In this document: in pieces, positions 48,589 to 59,527 of the stretch
Layout of the letters: every line of letters starts with the position of its first letter
Numbering within the stretch: the stretch's first letter is position 1
Origin: an uncultured Gammaproteobacteria bacterium
GTDB lineage: Bacteria; Patescibacteriota; Patescibacteriia; UBA11705; DATKZF01
Direction: 5' to 3'
Length of the DNA: 64,000 bases
Assembly: GCA_964411255.1 (NCBI GenBank)
Contig: CAYPKD010000006.1
Location: 67,097-131,096, forward strand
Program-made: the position numbers and the translations under genes
The notes under the pieces: model-generated
What the model was told of the DNA's origin: nothing
The model's input: the letters and a program-made list of their open reading frames with translations, nothing else
The model's database searches: none

Positions 48589-51018
48589 ATGCTAGAAGAC
48601 AAATTAAACAAAAACTTCAAAAATATAATTGCCAAGTCTTTTCAATTGGCAAAAGTCACTTCATGTCCTCAAGTTTTGCCTTCGCATATGCTTTTAGCTT
48701 TATTAAAGCAAAAAGGAACAATTGCCAATGAAATTTTGCGTAACAAATCTCTAGAAAATAAAATACTCAATTTATTAAATCAATATAAAAGTGAAAAACC
48801 AATACGATCAATGCCAAAACTAGCATTATCTTCAGAGCAAATTATCCTACGCGCAATAAAAACAGCTTATGAATTAAAACATCCGTACATTGGCACAGAA
48901 CATTTATTCTACGCTCTAATTTCAGATATTAACACTGATTTTAAAACTATTTTTACAAAAAAAATTAATCAAAAATACATTAAAAATCAAATTAAAGCCC
49001 GATTTAAGGGGACTTCACGATTTCCAGAAATAAGAGATATGTTTAACTTTTTACCATCAGATAACATTTCAGACTTAAGCTTATTAGAACAAGACAATAA
49101 ACAGGGATTATTAAGCTATTTTTCAATTGATTTAACAGATCTGAAAAATCAAAAAGACTTTGTACCTTTGATTGGAAGAAAAAAAGAAATTGAACAGATG
49201 ATTCAAATACTGTGCAGGAAAAATAAAAACAATCCTTTGCTTTTAGGAGATCCTGGCGTTGGAAAAACCGCCCTGGTAGAGGGTTTGGCGCAAAAAATCA
49301 CCAAAGGCGAAGTGCCGGAAGTTTTATTTGATAAAAAAATTGTTGCCTTAGACATTGGCTCATTAGTTGCCGGCACTATGTACCGCGGAGATTTTGAAGC
49401 TCGGGTAAAACAAATTTTAGAAGAAATTAAAAACGATCCAAAAATAATTCTTTTTATTGATGAAATTCACAATATTACAGGCGCTGGATCAGCCAATGGG
49501 TCATTAGATGCTGCCAACCTTTTCAAACCGCTTTTAGCCAGAGGCGATTTAAAATGTATTGGCGCGACTACAGACCAGGAATACAAAAAGCATTTTACAC
49601 GCGATGCTGCCCTGGCCAGGAGATTTCAGGCTTTGCATTTGGCTGAACCAAACAGGACTGAAACAATTGATATATTAACCGGATTAAAAACATGTTATGA
49701 AGATTTTCATCAGATAAAAATTACTGACAAGGCTATATCAGTAGCAGTTGATTTGAGTACTAAATACATTCCTGAAAGGTTCCAGCCTGACAAAGCCTTG
49801 GATCTTATTGATGAAGCAGCTGCCAAAATCAAAATTAATAACAATCAAATAAACGACAAGCTTAAAAAAATTAAATTAATTGAAAAACGCATTAATGAAC
49901 TGCATGAGCAAAAGGAAAAAGCGATTTTAGAAGAAAACTATCATCAGGCCATTAATATCCGGGATGAAATTAATAAAATGAAAAAAAGTCTTTCCATAGA
50001 AAAAAACAAGCAATCTCAACCTGAAACTTATCCAATTTTAACAATTGCTGACATTCAGCAAATATTAGCTCAAAAACTTGATATTGATTTGGAAAAAATT
50101 AATACTTTCGGACAGGGGAATTTAAATGAACTGCCGCAAAAACTAACTGATAAAGTAATTGGCCAGGACAAAATTATTGATAAAACCTGCCAAATTCTAA
50201 AAAGGTCATACACTGGCCTGCAAAACAATAATCAGCCACTGGCCACCTTTATTTTTGCCGGGCCAAGCGGTGTGGGAAAAACGTATTTAGCTGAAACCTT
50301 GGGTGAGACCTTATTTGAAGGAAAAAACAATCTCATCCGAATAGACATGTCTGAATTCACCGAGCGTTTTAATATGTCAAAATTACTGGGCGCCCCAGCT
50401 GGCTATGTGGGTTATCAGGAAGAAAATAAATTCACTGACCAGGTTAAGAAAAAACCTCACAGTATAATATTGCTGGATGAAATTGAAAAAGCACATCAAA
50501 GCGTCTTTAATATTTTTCTTCAAATATTTGATAATGGTCAGTTGACAGATGCTTCTGGACAAATCATTTCTTTCCGTCAGACAATAATTATTATGACTAC
50601 AAATCTGGGAAATAAAAACTCGCACAAAACCATTGGGTTTGGGAAAGAGTCAGCTCAAGAAACTCAAAACCAATCGTTGTCTGAAATCAAAAAATTCTTT
50701 TCACCTGAATTTATCAACCGAATTAACGAAATTTTAGTTTTTAACAGTTTAGACTTACAAAATTTAGAAAAAATAGCTACAATAGAATTAGATAAACTAA
50801 AAAAACAAACTGCCAATTCTGGTAGAAGTCTTAATTTTTCTTCAGGTATTTCCAAATTACTGGCCACTGAATGTGCTGAAAATTCAAATAATGCCAGGGC
50901 CCTAATTAAACTTATTGAAACAAAAATTATTACTCCAATCTCTGAGAATTTAATCAACAATCCTCAAAAAAAACAAATTGTTATTGAAACTCAAAATAAC
51001 AAAATAAATATAAAATAA
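48589..51018 (+). CDS. clpC: ATP-dependent Clp protease ATP-binding subunit (ClpC-like)
   Basis: Clp N-domain, GDPGVGKT, LFIDE, UVR-like linker, GPSGVGKT, RIDMSEF, GAPAGYVGY. Confidence 0.9.
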   Translation: MLEDKLNKNFKNIIAKSFQLAKVTSCPQVLPSHMLLALLKQKGTIANEILRNKSLENKILNLLNQYKSEKPIRSMPKLALSSEQIILRAIKTAYELKHPYIGTEHLFYALISDINTDFKTIFTKKINQKYIKNQIKARFKGTSRFPEIRDMFNFLPSDNISDLSLLEQDNKQGLLSYFSIDLTDLKNQKDFVPLIGRKKEIEQMIQILCRKNKNNPLLLGDPGVGKTALVEGLAQKITKGEVPEVLFDKKIVALDIGSLVAGTMYRGDFEARVKQILEEIKNDPKIILFIDEIHNITGAGSANGSLDAANLFKPLLARGDLKCIGATTDQEYKKHFTRDAALARRFQALHLAEPNRTETIDILTGLKTCYEDFHQIKITDKAISVAVDLSTKYIPERFQPDKALDLIDEAAAKIKINNNQINDKLKKIKLIEKRINELHEQKEKAILEENYHQAINIRDEINKMKKSLSIEKNKQSQPETYPILTIADIQQILAQKLDIDLEKINTFGQGNLNELPQKLTDKVIGQDKIIDKTCQILKRSYTGLQNNNQPLATFIFAGPSGVGKTYLAETLGETLFEGKNNLIRIDMSEFTERFNMSKLLGAPAGYVGYQEENKFTDQVKKKPHSIILLDEIEKAHQSVFNIFLQIFDNGQLTDASGQIISFRQTIIIMTTNLGNKNSHKTIGFGKESAQETQNQSLSEIKKFFSPEFINRINEILVFNSLDLQNLEKIATIELDKLKKQTANSGRSLNFSSGISKLLATECAENSNNARALIKLIETKIITPISENLINNPQKKQIVIETQNNKINIK

Positions 51019-52026
51019 ATGGCAGATGAAAATTCACGCCGCATTGATCCGAAAAAAAAAGCTGATATTCGAAAAAGAGCTGGAAAAGTCTTTGATGAAG
51101 AAACAAAAAAAGTAAAAAAACAGCAAGCTGGAGCTCAAAAGCCAAAAGCAGCCCCAGTTTCTTCTGATATGCCAAAGCCTGGTCCAGCAGCTATGCCAAA
51201 AACAGGATCTGCAGAACTGCCAGAAGACCAAGCCATGCAAGGAACCGCTGAAACGCAAACAGATCAGTCTATGGCTAAAGCCGCTGGAACGCCTGAAACT
51301 GGTGCGCAAGCAGCTCCATCAGAATATGAAGGTCCGCAAAAAGTTGGTAAAGGGCCTTTTGCTCCCAGTATTTCTAGAGTACCAGAAGCAGTAACCAAAC
51401 AACAACTAGAAGCACATGAAAAATTTAGGAAAGGGCTGGAAAAAAGGGAAAAAGAACGTGCGGAAAAAGGAACTGAGCCAGCTCCGCCCCCTACTCCTCC
51501 AGCTCAAACCCGGCCCAGACCAGGCATAGCGCCTGAAGAAGGAGGACCGCCAGGTACTAGCCCAGTAACTGCCTCAGAAAGACCAATACCGCCAGCTCCA
51601 GGAGTTAAAGAAACCACTCCGGCAGCTCCGGGTATTGTTCCCTCATATGAACCTGGGAAACTCGAACAAGCGAAAAAAGCAGGCCAGTTAAAAAGAGAAC
51701 AAGTTAAAGCAAAAAAAGACAAAAAAGCTGCCAAACGCCCTGGGCGACGAAAAAAAGCAGAAGGGCCAATCCCTGGCGGAATCAGCGCCAAAGGAGCTGT
51801 ACCCGGAACAAAAGGAGGAATAAAAGGAGCTTTGGGCTTAGGCAAAAAAAAGGGAAAACGAAGCGATACAGACTTGGCAATGGAAATCATAAAAAAACTG
51901 GCCAGAGCTATCGCAAGAATTATTGCCACCCTGGTGCCAATGGTTTGTTGCAACCCATGCTGCTGGTGGATTATTGCCGTTATGGCCATTGTATTAATAA
52001 TCGCCTCCTTACTCGGTCTTCTATAA
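51019..52026 (+). CDS. Pro/Lys/Ala-rich, probably disordered protein with C-terminal TM anchor
   Basis: Low-complexity N-terminal ~280 aa; CCNPCCWW before the terminal TM. Confidence 0.75.
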   Translation: MADENSRRIDPKKKADIRKRAGKVFDEETKKVKKQQAGAQKPKAAPVSSDMPKPGPAAMPKTGSAELPEDQAMQGTAETQTDQSMAKAAGTPETGAQAAPSEYEGPQKVGKGPFAPSISRVPEAVTKQQLEAHEKFRKGLEKREKERAEKGTEPAPPPTPPAQTRPRPGIAPEEGGPPGTSPVTASERPIPPAPGVKETTPAAPGIVPSYEPGKLEQAKKAGQLKREQVKAKKDKKAAKRPGRRKKAEGPIPGGISAKGAVPGTKGGIKGALGLGKKKGKRSDTDLAMEIIKKLARAIARIIATLVPMVCCNPCCWWIIAVMAIVLIIASLLGLL

Positions 52027-52054
52027 TTTTAAATAATAAAAATAAAAATTTTAT

Positions 52055-53323
52055 ATGGATTTATCAACCATTCCAATTAAAAAAGTAGCTGCTGGCGCAG
52101 CAATTCTAATAGTTGCCGGTGCTGCTGGATTTGGCATTTATTACTTATTCTTCCGGGCAGAAACCCCTACTCCGCCATCAAACGAGTTGGTTAATGAAAT
52201 TGGAGGACTGCCAGGCATTCCAACTGAACCTCCAACCAACCAAATTGTCAATGAAGTGCCAGTCAATGCCTTGCCTCCAACAGCTGCACTGCCACAAACA
52301 GTTACCAAAATCACAGTACCTGAGGAAACAGTATCTCGAGTAGCTCAAGGAGGAGTAACTAAGGTATCAACTACTTTTGCCAATATTTCAACTGGAATGG
52401 CAATTCCTAAAGGTGGAAATAATCCGGTTACGTATAATAAGGCTGATGGCTATTTTTATCAGGTTGATAATTTGGGAAATCTAAGCAAATTAACATCAGC
52501 CAGATATCCAAATGTTGATAATATTGCCTGGTCTCCAGATACAACCAAGGCAATACTTGAATTTCCTGACGGCAGCAATGTCATGTATGACTTTAGAAGC
52601 CAAAAGCAGGTTACTTTGCCAAAATCATGGCAAGACTTTGAATTTAATGATACTGGATCAAAGATCGCTTTCAAAGACATCAATACTCAACTTGATTACA
52701 ACTGGCTGGCCACAGCCAATCCTGATGGCTCGCAGCAAAAATACATAGAAGCGCTCCAGGACAAATCAGATCGGGTTCAGCCAAACTGGTCAAAAAGTGG
52801 CCATGTAGTTGCCACTTATTACAAAGCAGCTGACTCTACCAGCACATCAATACACTTAATCGGACAAAATAATGAAAATTATCGCGCGATCACCAGTAAT
52901 GGTTTTGGCGTACAGGCAAAGTGGGTACCTGATGGTAAAAGAGTGTTATACAATGCTTATAGTTTTGATAATAACAACAAACCAATGCTTCACATAGTTG
53001 ATGCTTATGGTGATAAAGTCGGATATAATCATAATTCATTAGGAATCAATACCTGGATTGATAAATGCACTTTTGAAGGTGAAGAAACCATGTACTGCGC
53101 AGTACCAAAGTATTTGCCAGATCATGCTGGATTCCAGCCTTCAGTGGCAGATGACATTCCAGATTATATTTATAAAATTGACCTTAAATCTGGAGCAAAG
53201 GCAATCATTGCTGAGCCTGAATTAACCTATACCATTGACTCAATGGAAGTATCTGTTGATGGAAAATATTTGTATTTTACAGACAAGGCAACTCAAAATA
53301 TTCATTATATACAGTTAAAATAA
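52055..53323 (+). CDS. Membrane-anchored beta-propeller (TolB-like) protein
   Basis: N-terminal TM, Pro-rich linker, AWSPD, WVPDGK, VSVDGKYLYF. Confidence 0.78.
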   Translation: MDLSTIPIKKVAAGAAILIVAGAAGFGIYYLFFRAETPTPPSNELVNEIGGLPGIPTEPPTNQIVNEVPVNALPPTAALPQTVTKITVPEETVSRVAQGGVTKVSTTFANISTGMAIPKGGNNPVTYNKADGYFYQVDNLGNLSKLTSARYPNVDNIAWSPDTTKAILEFPDGSNVMYDFRSQKQVTLPKSWQDFEFNDTGSKIAFKDINTQLDYNWLATANPDGSQQKYIEALQDKSDRVQPNWSKSGHVVATYYKAADSTSTSIHLIGQNNENYRAITSNGFGVQAKWVPDGKRVLYNAYSFDNNNKPMLHIVDAYGDKVGYNHNSLGINTWIDKCTFEGEETMYCAVPKYLPDHAGFQPSVADDIPDYIYKIDLKSGAKAIIAEPELTYTIDSMEVSVDGKYLYFTDKATQNIHYIQLK

Positions 53324-53330
53324 ATAATAA

Positions 53331-56048
53331 ATGAAGAAATTACTTAACATTTTTGTAATTGTATTTTTTTTAATAATACTGCAAACAAGCTCTGCTATAG
53401 CAGCTGATAATATTTTTTGTGATTGTCCAGCTTCTGGAGCGCCAGAGCAACCTGGAGGCAACTGTATTGGTCCCTGCCAAACGAATGCTGGCAATAAAGT
53501 GTGCCAATGCGCTGATTTAACCACTAAAACTGGGACTGAAAATCAAACCCAGTGCGATACAGCTTGCGGGCAAAAACCAGACGACGCACAATCTGTACCA
53601 ACAGATTATACAATATGCAACTGCAAATCTGATATTCCACACACCAGTGAACAAGACCCGTGTAAAATTCCGTGCAGCAAAGCTGAATTTCAATCTACTG
53701 CAGACAGCTTTGTTTGCGTTTGCAAAGATGCGCCCCTGACAGCAACAAAATTAACTGATGCTACTCAGCCAGAACGAGAAGATAAATGCAAAACCCAGTG
53801 TGTTTCTGCTGCAAAGCCAGCAACTCCAACTACAACGACTCCAGCTGGCCAGCCTGCAGCTAAAGTTTCTATAGAAGCGCCTAATTTATATTTTCCTATT
53901 CCTGATCTTCAGCTTTCTAATATTACTGTATCTAAAGAAGGCGGAGATAAAATATCAGTTCCCTGGATAGCAGAATACATAATTGCCATATATAAATATT
54001 CCCTTGGAATTGCATCAATATTAGCTGTAATAATGGTAATGATTGCCGGATTATTATATTTAACCTCTGCAGGGAATCCGCAAAGGATCGGACAAGCCAA
54101 AAATTACATTATTGGGGCAATTTCCGGGCTGGTGATTTTAGTCAGTTCATACATGATATTAAGTCTTATCAGCCCGAATTTAACTAAATTAGGACCAATA
54201 GTAATACAATCAGTTGAAGCAGAATCAATAGACGAAAGTGAATTTGGCCTTCTTGAAACAACTGATGTACCAGTTGCTGGTGATGTCCCATATTTTGCCC
54301 AAACTGATAAAAGATGGGCATGTTTCCCTTTTACAGGCAATGAATGCAGCTATCAGCTTGATGTCACGCCAAAGCTTGCCTGTGGCACTGATGGCTACTC
54401 TGCTTCATTCCCTGATGTAAGTTCACCACCTGAAAGAGGCATATTGGGATGCAAGCATAAAAATATTGAATTTAAGGGAATGAATTATTGTGAATGGCTT
54501 GAATCTCAATATCAAATTTCTGCAATGTGTAACAATCCAAACATGAAAGATTCTGCCTGGTGTGAAAACAACCCTTATGGAAAAAATAATTTTGTTGAAT
54601 ATTGCAAAAAAGTAACAATAAAAAATAAAGATGGTAAAAGCACCAATCTTAATGTTATTCAATCATCAGGCTGCGGAATGACTTCATCAGCAATGGTGCT
54701 GAATTTTTATGGCATATCGGTTACTCCGCCAGATGTTGCTTTATGGATTCAAGAAAATGGAATTCGCTCCCCAAGTCCAGGATCTTCTGAGCCTCCAACA
54801 TGCTGTGGATTTGTTCCTGTTGGAATGAAAGTATTAGCCCAGCATCATAGTCTGGATACAAAAAAAATGAGCAGCGCCAAAGAAAATCCTGAAGTAATGT
54901 CTCTTTTGCAAAAAAAGTTACCTTTGATTTTTCATGTATCAACCAGACAAAACCATCCAAACTGTAAATTTACCAAAGGAGGTCACTTTATTGTGGTCAA
55001 AAACTATGCTGGTGGTGTTTTCGGTATTAATGATCCAAGCCACCCAGGCATAAAAACTGCATCAGCTTCAGATATATGGGATGAATGTGCTGTTCACAGT
55101 GTCACTTATTTTTATAAACCTGGAGCGTATGGGGAATTTCCGAGCCTCCAAACGGCAGATACTCAGGGAACAAGTCAGACAAGCATAGTCGCTGGTGACT
55201 GCAAATCTGTACCTGATCTTTCTCCATACGATAAAAGCACTGGATGCTATAATGCTGACTTGCAATGTACACCTCAAGATATTAAAAACGTCGCTGAAGC
55301 TTGGGGGCAAACAAATATGATAACTGCGCCAAACAGTTGCGCCCGGACAGCTTCGAGAATATTACGAAATGCTGGTTGCCAAATTCCTGGATCACCATGG
55401 ATTAAATCATTAAAAACTCAGTTAAAAAATATTGGGTGGAAAGCATTAATAATTCATGGTAGTGCTTCTAGTAAATATCCAAACCAAATTCCGATAGGCG
55501 TCTTATTTCAATGTAATGCTACAGGAACTTTACAGCATGTATTTATTTCAACTGGACAAGGAAATATTGTTGAATCAGGCACTGACTGGAGCTCTGGTTG
55601 TACAGCAACCGGCTGTCCAAAACAAAATTCAAAAACTTGCGGACAAAATAATTTAAAAGACAAATGCGCACCAGATGATAATTCAATTCCAGGCATGAAT
55701 GCTTTAACCGGGTCTCCTTCTAAGAATTACAAAGACTGCGGTGAAGGGAAAAACCAATGTGTCAATACAAAATCAGGTGCTGCTTCAAAAGCAAGTATTG
55801 TCTTTTTCCCTCTATTAGATTCTGCCAATGAAGGCTCAGGATGCTGTAAAAGTGATTTAATTAGATATTCCAAAGGCATAAGTAATTCAAAAGATGGAAT
55901 TAAAACAAGTCAAGCTACATGCCAAAGCTTATCCGGATCATGGACGGCTGGGGGAAGCTGTTCAGAGCCGCTTAATCCAGTACAAGCTGTCTCAGGAGTT
56001 TTAGCACCAAAAGGATGTGGCTGCCAGGGACAAGGATGGTGTAAATAA
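53331..56048 (+). CDS. Pilin-like (TrbC/VirB2-type) TM module fused to a C39-like cysteine peptidase and Cys-rich domains
   Basis: AGLLYLTSAGNPQRIGQAKNYIIGAISGL; PYFAQTD, SGCGMTSSAMVL, GHFIVV, INDP. Confidence 0.8.
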   Translation: MKKLLNIFVIVFFLIILQTSSAIAADNIFCDCPASGAPEQPGGNCIGPCQTNAGNKVCQCADLTTKTGTENQTQCDTACGQKPDDAQSVPTDYTICNCKSDIPHTSEQDPCKIPCSKAEFQSTADSFVCVCKDAPLTATKLTDATQPEREDKCKTQCVSAAKPATPTTTTPAGQPAAKVSIEAPNLYFPIPDLQLSNITVSKEGGDKISVPWIAEYIIAIYKYSLGIASILAVIMVMIAGLLYLTSAGNPQRIGQAKNYIIGAISGLVILVSSYMILSLISPNLTKLGPIVIQSVEAESIDESEFGLLETTDVPVAGDVPYFAQTDKRWACFPFTGNECSYQLDVTPKLACGTDGYSASFPDVSSPPERGILGCKHKNIEFKGMNYCEWLESQYQISAMCNNPNMKDSAWCENNPYGKNNFVEYCKKVTIKNKDGKSTNLNVIQSSGCGMTSSAMVLNFYGISVTPPDVALWIQENGIRSPSPGSSEPPTCCGFVPVGMKVLAQHHSLDTKKMSSAKENPEVMSLLQKKLPLIFHVSTRQNHPNCKFTKGGHFIVVKNYAGGVFGINDPSHPGIKTASASDIWDECAVHSVTYFYKPGAYGEFPSLQTADTQGTSQTSIVAGDCKSVPDLSPYDKSTGCYNADLQCTPQDIKNVAEAWGQTNMITAPNSCARTASRILRNAGCQIPGSPWIKSLKTQLKNIGWKALIIHGSASSKYPNQIPIGVLFQCNATGTLQHVFISTGQGNIVESGTDWSSGCTATGCPKQNSKTCGQNNLKDKCAPDDNSIPGMNALTGSPSKNYKDCGEGKNQCVNTKSGAASKASIVFFPLLDSANEGSGCCKSDLIRYSKGISNSKDGIKTSQATCQSLSGSWTAGGSCSEPLNPVQAVSGVLAPKGCGCQGQGWCK

Positions 56049-56054
56049 AAAATT

Positions 56055-57737
56055 ATGAAAAAAACTTTTATATTTTTAATATTTGTCTTTGCTTTTATAT
56101 CAATCGCTCCTTTAGCAAGTAGCGCCCATATTTTTTGTAATTGCCCTGTACCTGCTGGCCATGATTGCTCAGCTGCTTGTCAAAATCAGCCAAACCAAGC
56201 CACAGTTTGCCAATGCGAGGGTGCGATGGTTACGTTTCCTTCTGTCAGCACTTCTGACTGTGTACAAAAATGTGAAAAAACCTATAACCCTCAAAATGTA
56301 GCTGAAAAAAAATACAAAATTTGTAATTGCACAGTCGGCACTCCATATGCTGATGATGATATATGCAAAAAAACATGCGCTGCTAAATCTGAATTTAAAG
56401 ACAAAACTGTCTGCGCCTGCACTGAATCAACGAAAGAACCAAAACTGGCAGAAGAAAAAAGTTTGCCAGAGAAAGAAACAGAATGTGAAAAATATTGTAA
56501 ACCAGAAGATAAGCCAACGCCAACGACCACAACTGAAGCAGCGCCGCCAGAATTTGGAGAAGCAATAAAGCCAAAAATTTATGTTGCTATCCCTGACTTA
56601 AAACTTTCAGATTTAAAAGTTCCTATTGGCGGTGATGAATCAGTACAGATTAGCTTTCCCTGGATTGCTCAATATATTATTGCTGTTTACAAATATGCAT
56701 TGGGCTTTGCCTCAATTCTAGCAGTTATTATGATAATGGCTGCAGGAATTTTATATCTTGTCTCAGCAGGCAATCCCCAAAGAATCAGTCAGGCAAAAAA
56801 TTATATTATTGGCGCAATCACAGGCTTAATAATCATTGTAGGTTCATATACAATCTTAAATTTGATCAGCCCCCAGCTAACTCAATTAGGCTCAGTTGAA
56901 CTAAAAACCGTAACTGAAGCCGAACTAGAAGAAGAATTTATGAATGCTGAAATCGAAGGACGAACCAGCTCTTCTCAAAATAATATTGCTTTTGCTTCTA
57001 TCCCCATTGAACACCGCGGCAAAGAATGCAACATTCCCAACACAGCTAGCGGTATTGGCGATCCGACTCTAATGGAAAAATATCCGGATACGGCATGTTT
57101 AGCAGTTGGGCACAGAAATGTAGCTTCAATTTCCCAAGTCACAATTCATGAAGGCAATACTGCTGAAAGAAATGTCAAACAATGGCTATATGGGAAAAAA
57201 GGATATGTTAAAACCGGAAAAGTAACAAGCAGCCATTACACTATTGAAAGAAGCGGCAAAATATATCAACATTTGGATGAAGCTAAAGTCGGAATTCATG
57301 CGCCAGGACAAAATTCAATTTCCATTGGAATTGATCTAACCACAAATGTATTTGCTGGATATAGATATGGAAAAATAGATGAATGCCTAGAAAACTGCAA
57401 AAAAGGCGTGTATCCCTGTAAAGGCGAAAAAAATAATAAAGAACTGGCTATTAAAAATTGCACGCCTGTTTATACAGCCGCTCAGATTTCATCTTTAAAA
57501 AAATTATTAAGTAATATTGCTGCCAGAACTGCATATAAATTTGATTTTCAACATACCTGGTCTCATTGCGAAGGAGGTGGCCATTCAGACCCTAGAAATT
57601 TCAAATGGGAAGATATTGGGCAAAACACTCAGCAACATAGTGATCGGGACAAACAAAAACCAAAAAGGTTATGCCGTTATTACCCAGAATACGAGGAAAG
57701 AGTAAGAGAACTGGCAGATCAAATTTTCGGACAATAA
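56055..57737 (+). CDS. Pilin-like module fused to an N-acetylmuramoyl-L-alanine amidase (Amidase_2-like) domain
   Basis: Same pilin block as the upstream gene; VTIHE, SSHYTIERSGKIYQ, HAPGQNSISIGID, SHCE..HSDP. Confidence 0.82.
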   Translation: MKKTFIFLIFVFAFISIAPLASSAHIFCNCPVPAGHDCSAACQNQPNQATVCQCEGAMVTFPSVSTSDCVQKCEKTYNPQNVAEKKYKICNCTVGTPYADDDICKKTCAAKSEFKDKTVCACTESTKEPKLAEEKSLPEKETECEKYCKPEDKPTPTTTTEAAPPEFGEAIKPKIYVAIPDLKLSDLKVPIGGDESVQISFPWIAQYIIAVYKYALGFASILAVIMIMAAGILYLVSAGNPQRISQAKNYIIGAITGLIIIVGSYTILNLISPQLTQLGSVELKTVTEAELEEEFMNAEIEGRTSSSQNNIAFASIPIEHRGKECNIPNTASGIGDPTLMEKYPDTACLAVGHRNVASISQVTIHEGNTAERNVKQWLYGKKGYVKTGKVTSSHYTIERSGKIYQHLDEAKVGIHAPGQNSISIGIDLTTNVFAGYRYGKIDECLENCKKGVYPCKGEKNNKELAIKNCTPVYTAAQISSLKKLLSNIAARTAYKFDFQHTWSHCEGGGHSDPRNFKWEDIGQNTQQHSDRDKQKPKRLCRYYPEYEERVRELADQIFGQ

Positions 57738-57738
57738 T

Positions 57739-59037
57739 ATGATTTTTATTTGCAAAAAATGCGATTCGCAATTCACAAAGTGGTCAGGCAGATGCCCTGA
57801 GTGCCAGGCTTGGGGAACCATTGAAAAATCAAAAAGCAAAAATCAAAAAGTAAAAAAAGGTGATGCGAAAATTGTCTCACTTGACCAAATAGATAATCTC
57901 AAGCTGGAGCGCATAAAGACAGGTCTCGAAGACTTTGATCAATTTCTAGGTGGGGGGCTGGTAGATGGCAGCCTTCTTTTAATTGGCGGCGAGCCAGGAA
58001 TTGGTAAATCAACCATTGCCTTGCAGCTTTTAAGCAAATTCAATCAAGACTCTCTTTATGTCAGTGGCGAAGAGTCAGCGCAGCAAATCAAACTTCGGGC
58101 TCAAAGATTAAGCATTGATAAATTAAAAATCTTAAATACAAATTCTCTTGAAAATATTTTGTATCATTTGCAGACATCAAAACCAAAAATTGCCATCATT
58201 GATTCAATTCAGACAATTTACTCTTCAGAAATAGAAAGCGAACCTGGAAATGTCTCGCAAATCAAAGTAATTGCTGTTAAACTCTTAGAACTGGCAAAAA
58301 AACAAAATACTGCTTTAATCTTAATTGGACACATAACCAAAGACGGCGCAATTGCCGGGCCAAAAACTTTAGAGCATTTAGTTGACGCAGTTTTTTATCT
58401 TGAAGGCGAACGAAATTCTGATTTAAGAATTATAAGGTCAATAAAAAACAGATTTGGCTCAACTAATGAACTTTTAATTTTTGAAATGACAAATAGGGGA
58501 TTGCAAATAGTTGAAAATCCTTCAAAAATCTTTTTATCCCCTACTCCAATTGATGTTGCTGGCACTGTAACCAGCGCAGTACTTGAGGGTTCACGATGTT
58601 TTTTAGTTGAGGTTCAGGCGCTGGCCAATCAGACTGTTTTTGGATATCCGCAGAGAAAGTCCAGCGGCTATGATTTGAACAGGCTTCAATTGCTATTAGC
58701 TGTGCTGACAAGACGGGCAAATTTGAATTTTAATAATCAGGATGTACATTTAAATGTCACTGGTGGATTTAAAATAAAAGAAACTGCTCTAGACTTAGCA
58801 GTTGCTCTGGCCTGCGCCTCTGCCCTATCAAATCAGGCATTAAATCCAAAGACTCTGGTTTTTGGTGAATTAGGCCTTGCTGGAGAGGTTAGAACAGTTA
58901 AACAGGCTGAAAAACGCCTAAAAGAAGGCGAGAAATTGGGTTTTGAGAGCGCTATTGTTCCATTTAATACAAAATCACCTGCTAACCTTAAAATACATCA
59001 AATAAAGACAATTTCAGAAGGAGTGCAGCTTTTGTAA
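57739..59037 (+). CDS. radA: DNA repair protein RadA/Sms
   Basis: N-terminal C4 Zn finger, GGEPGIGKST, KNRFG, Lon-like C-terminus. Confidence 0.96.
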   Translation: MIFICKKCDSQFTKWSGRCPECQAWGTIEKSKSKNQKVKKGDAKIVSLDQIDNLKLERIKTGLEDFDQFLGGGLVDGSLLLIGGEPGIGKSTIALQLLSKFNQDSLYVSGEESAQQIKLRAQRLSIDKLKILNTNSLENILYHLQTSKPKIAIIDSIQTIYSSEIESEPGNVSQIKVIAVKLLELAKKQNTALILIGHITKDGAIAGPKTLEHLVDAVFYLEGERNSDLRIIRSIKNRFGSTNELLIFEMTNRGLQIVENPSKIFLSPTPIDVAGTVTSAVLEGSRCFLVEVQALANQTVFGYPQRKSSGYDLNRLQLLLAVLTRRANLNFNNQDVHLNVTGGFKIKETALDLAVALACASALSNQALNPKTLVFGELGLAGEVRTVKQAEKRLKEGEKLGFESAIVPFNTKSPANLKIHQIKTISEGVQLL

Positions 59038-59042
59038 AACCG

Positions 59043-59146
59043 CGCCCGCCATGCTGATGCTGAGGGGAAACTCTGTTTCCCCGACCATACGCGGGCGCTT
59101 TCCCTGGCGGTAACGACGAATTCGAATTCGTCGTTACCGCCAGGGA
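59043..59146. repeat. GC-rich hairpin plus 46-bp perfect palindrome
   Basis: cgcccgc...gcgggcg, then tccctggcggtaacgacgaattc|gaattcgtcgttaccgccaggga (59101-59146). Confidence 0.85.
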
Positions 59147-59287
59147 TTAAAAAAATACAGAACTTATTTCTGCTGTTTTTTATTTTAAAAAAACCTGAAA
59201 AAAGCCTAAATTATTAGCACTTGACATATTTTTTTAAATAATGTAAGATAAGTATGAAATATCTTAATTATCTTAATTTCAAAAATT

Positions 59288-59503
59288 ATGAAAAAAGGAA
59301 CCTGCAGTAAAAAAAAGAAATTTTACGGATTAATTACAATCACTGATAAAGGACAAATCGCCATTCCAATTGAATTGCGCAGAGATTTAGGTATTAACAA
59401 AGGCGACAAATTGCTTATTATAAAAAGAACTGACAACAAAGGAATTAATCTATTAAAGGCAAATACAATTGACGATTTTATTGAAAAATTATCAAAAGAT
59501 TAA
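59288..59503 (+). CDS. AbrB/MazE/SpoVT-family DNA-binding protein
   Basis: ITITDKGQIAIPIELRRDLGINKGDKL; TTGACA-N17-TAAGAT promoter at 59221. Confidence 0.88.
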   Translation: MKKGTCSKKKKFYGLITITDKGQIAIPIELRRDLGINKGDKLLIIKRTDNKGINLLKANTIDDFIEKLSKD

Positions 59504-59527
59504 TTTTAATTATTAACATATATTTTT

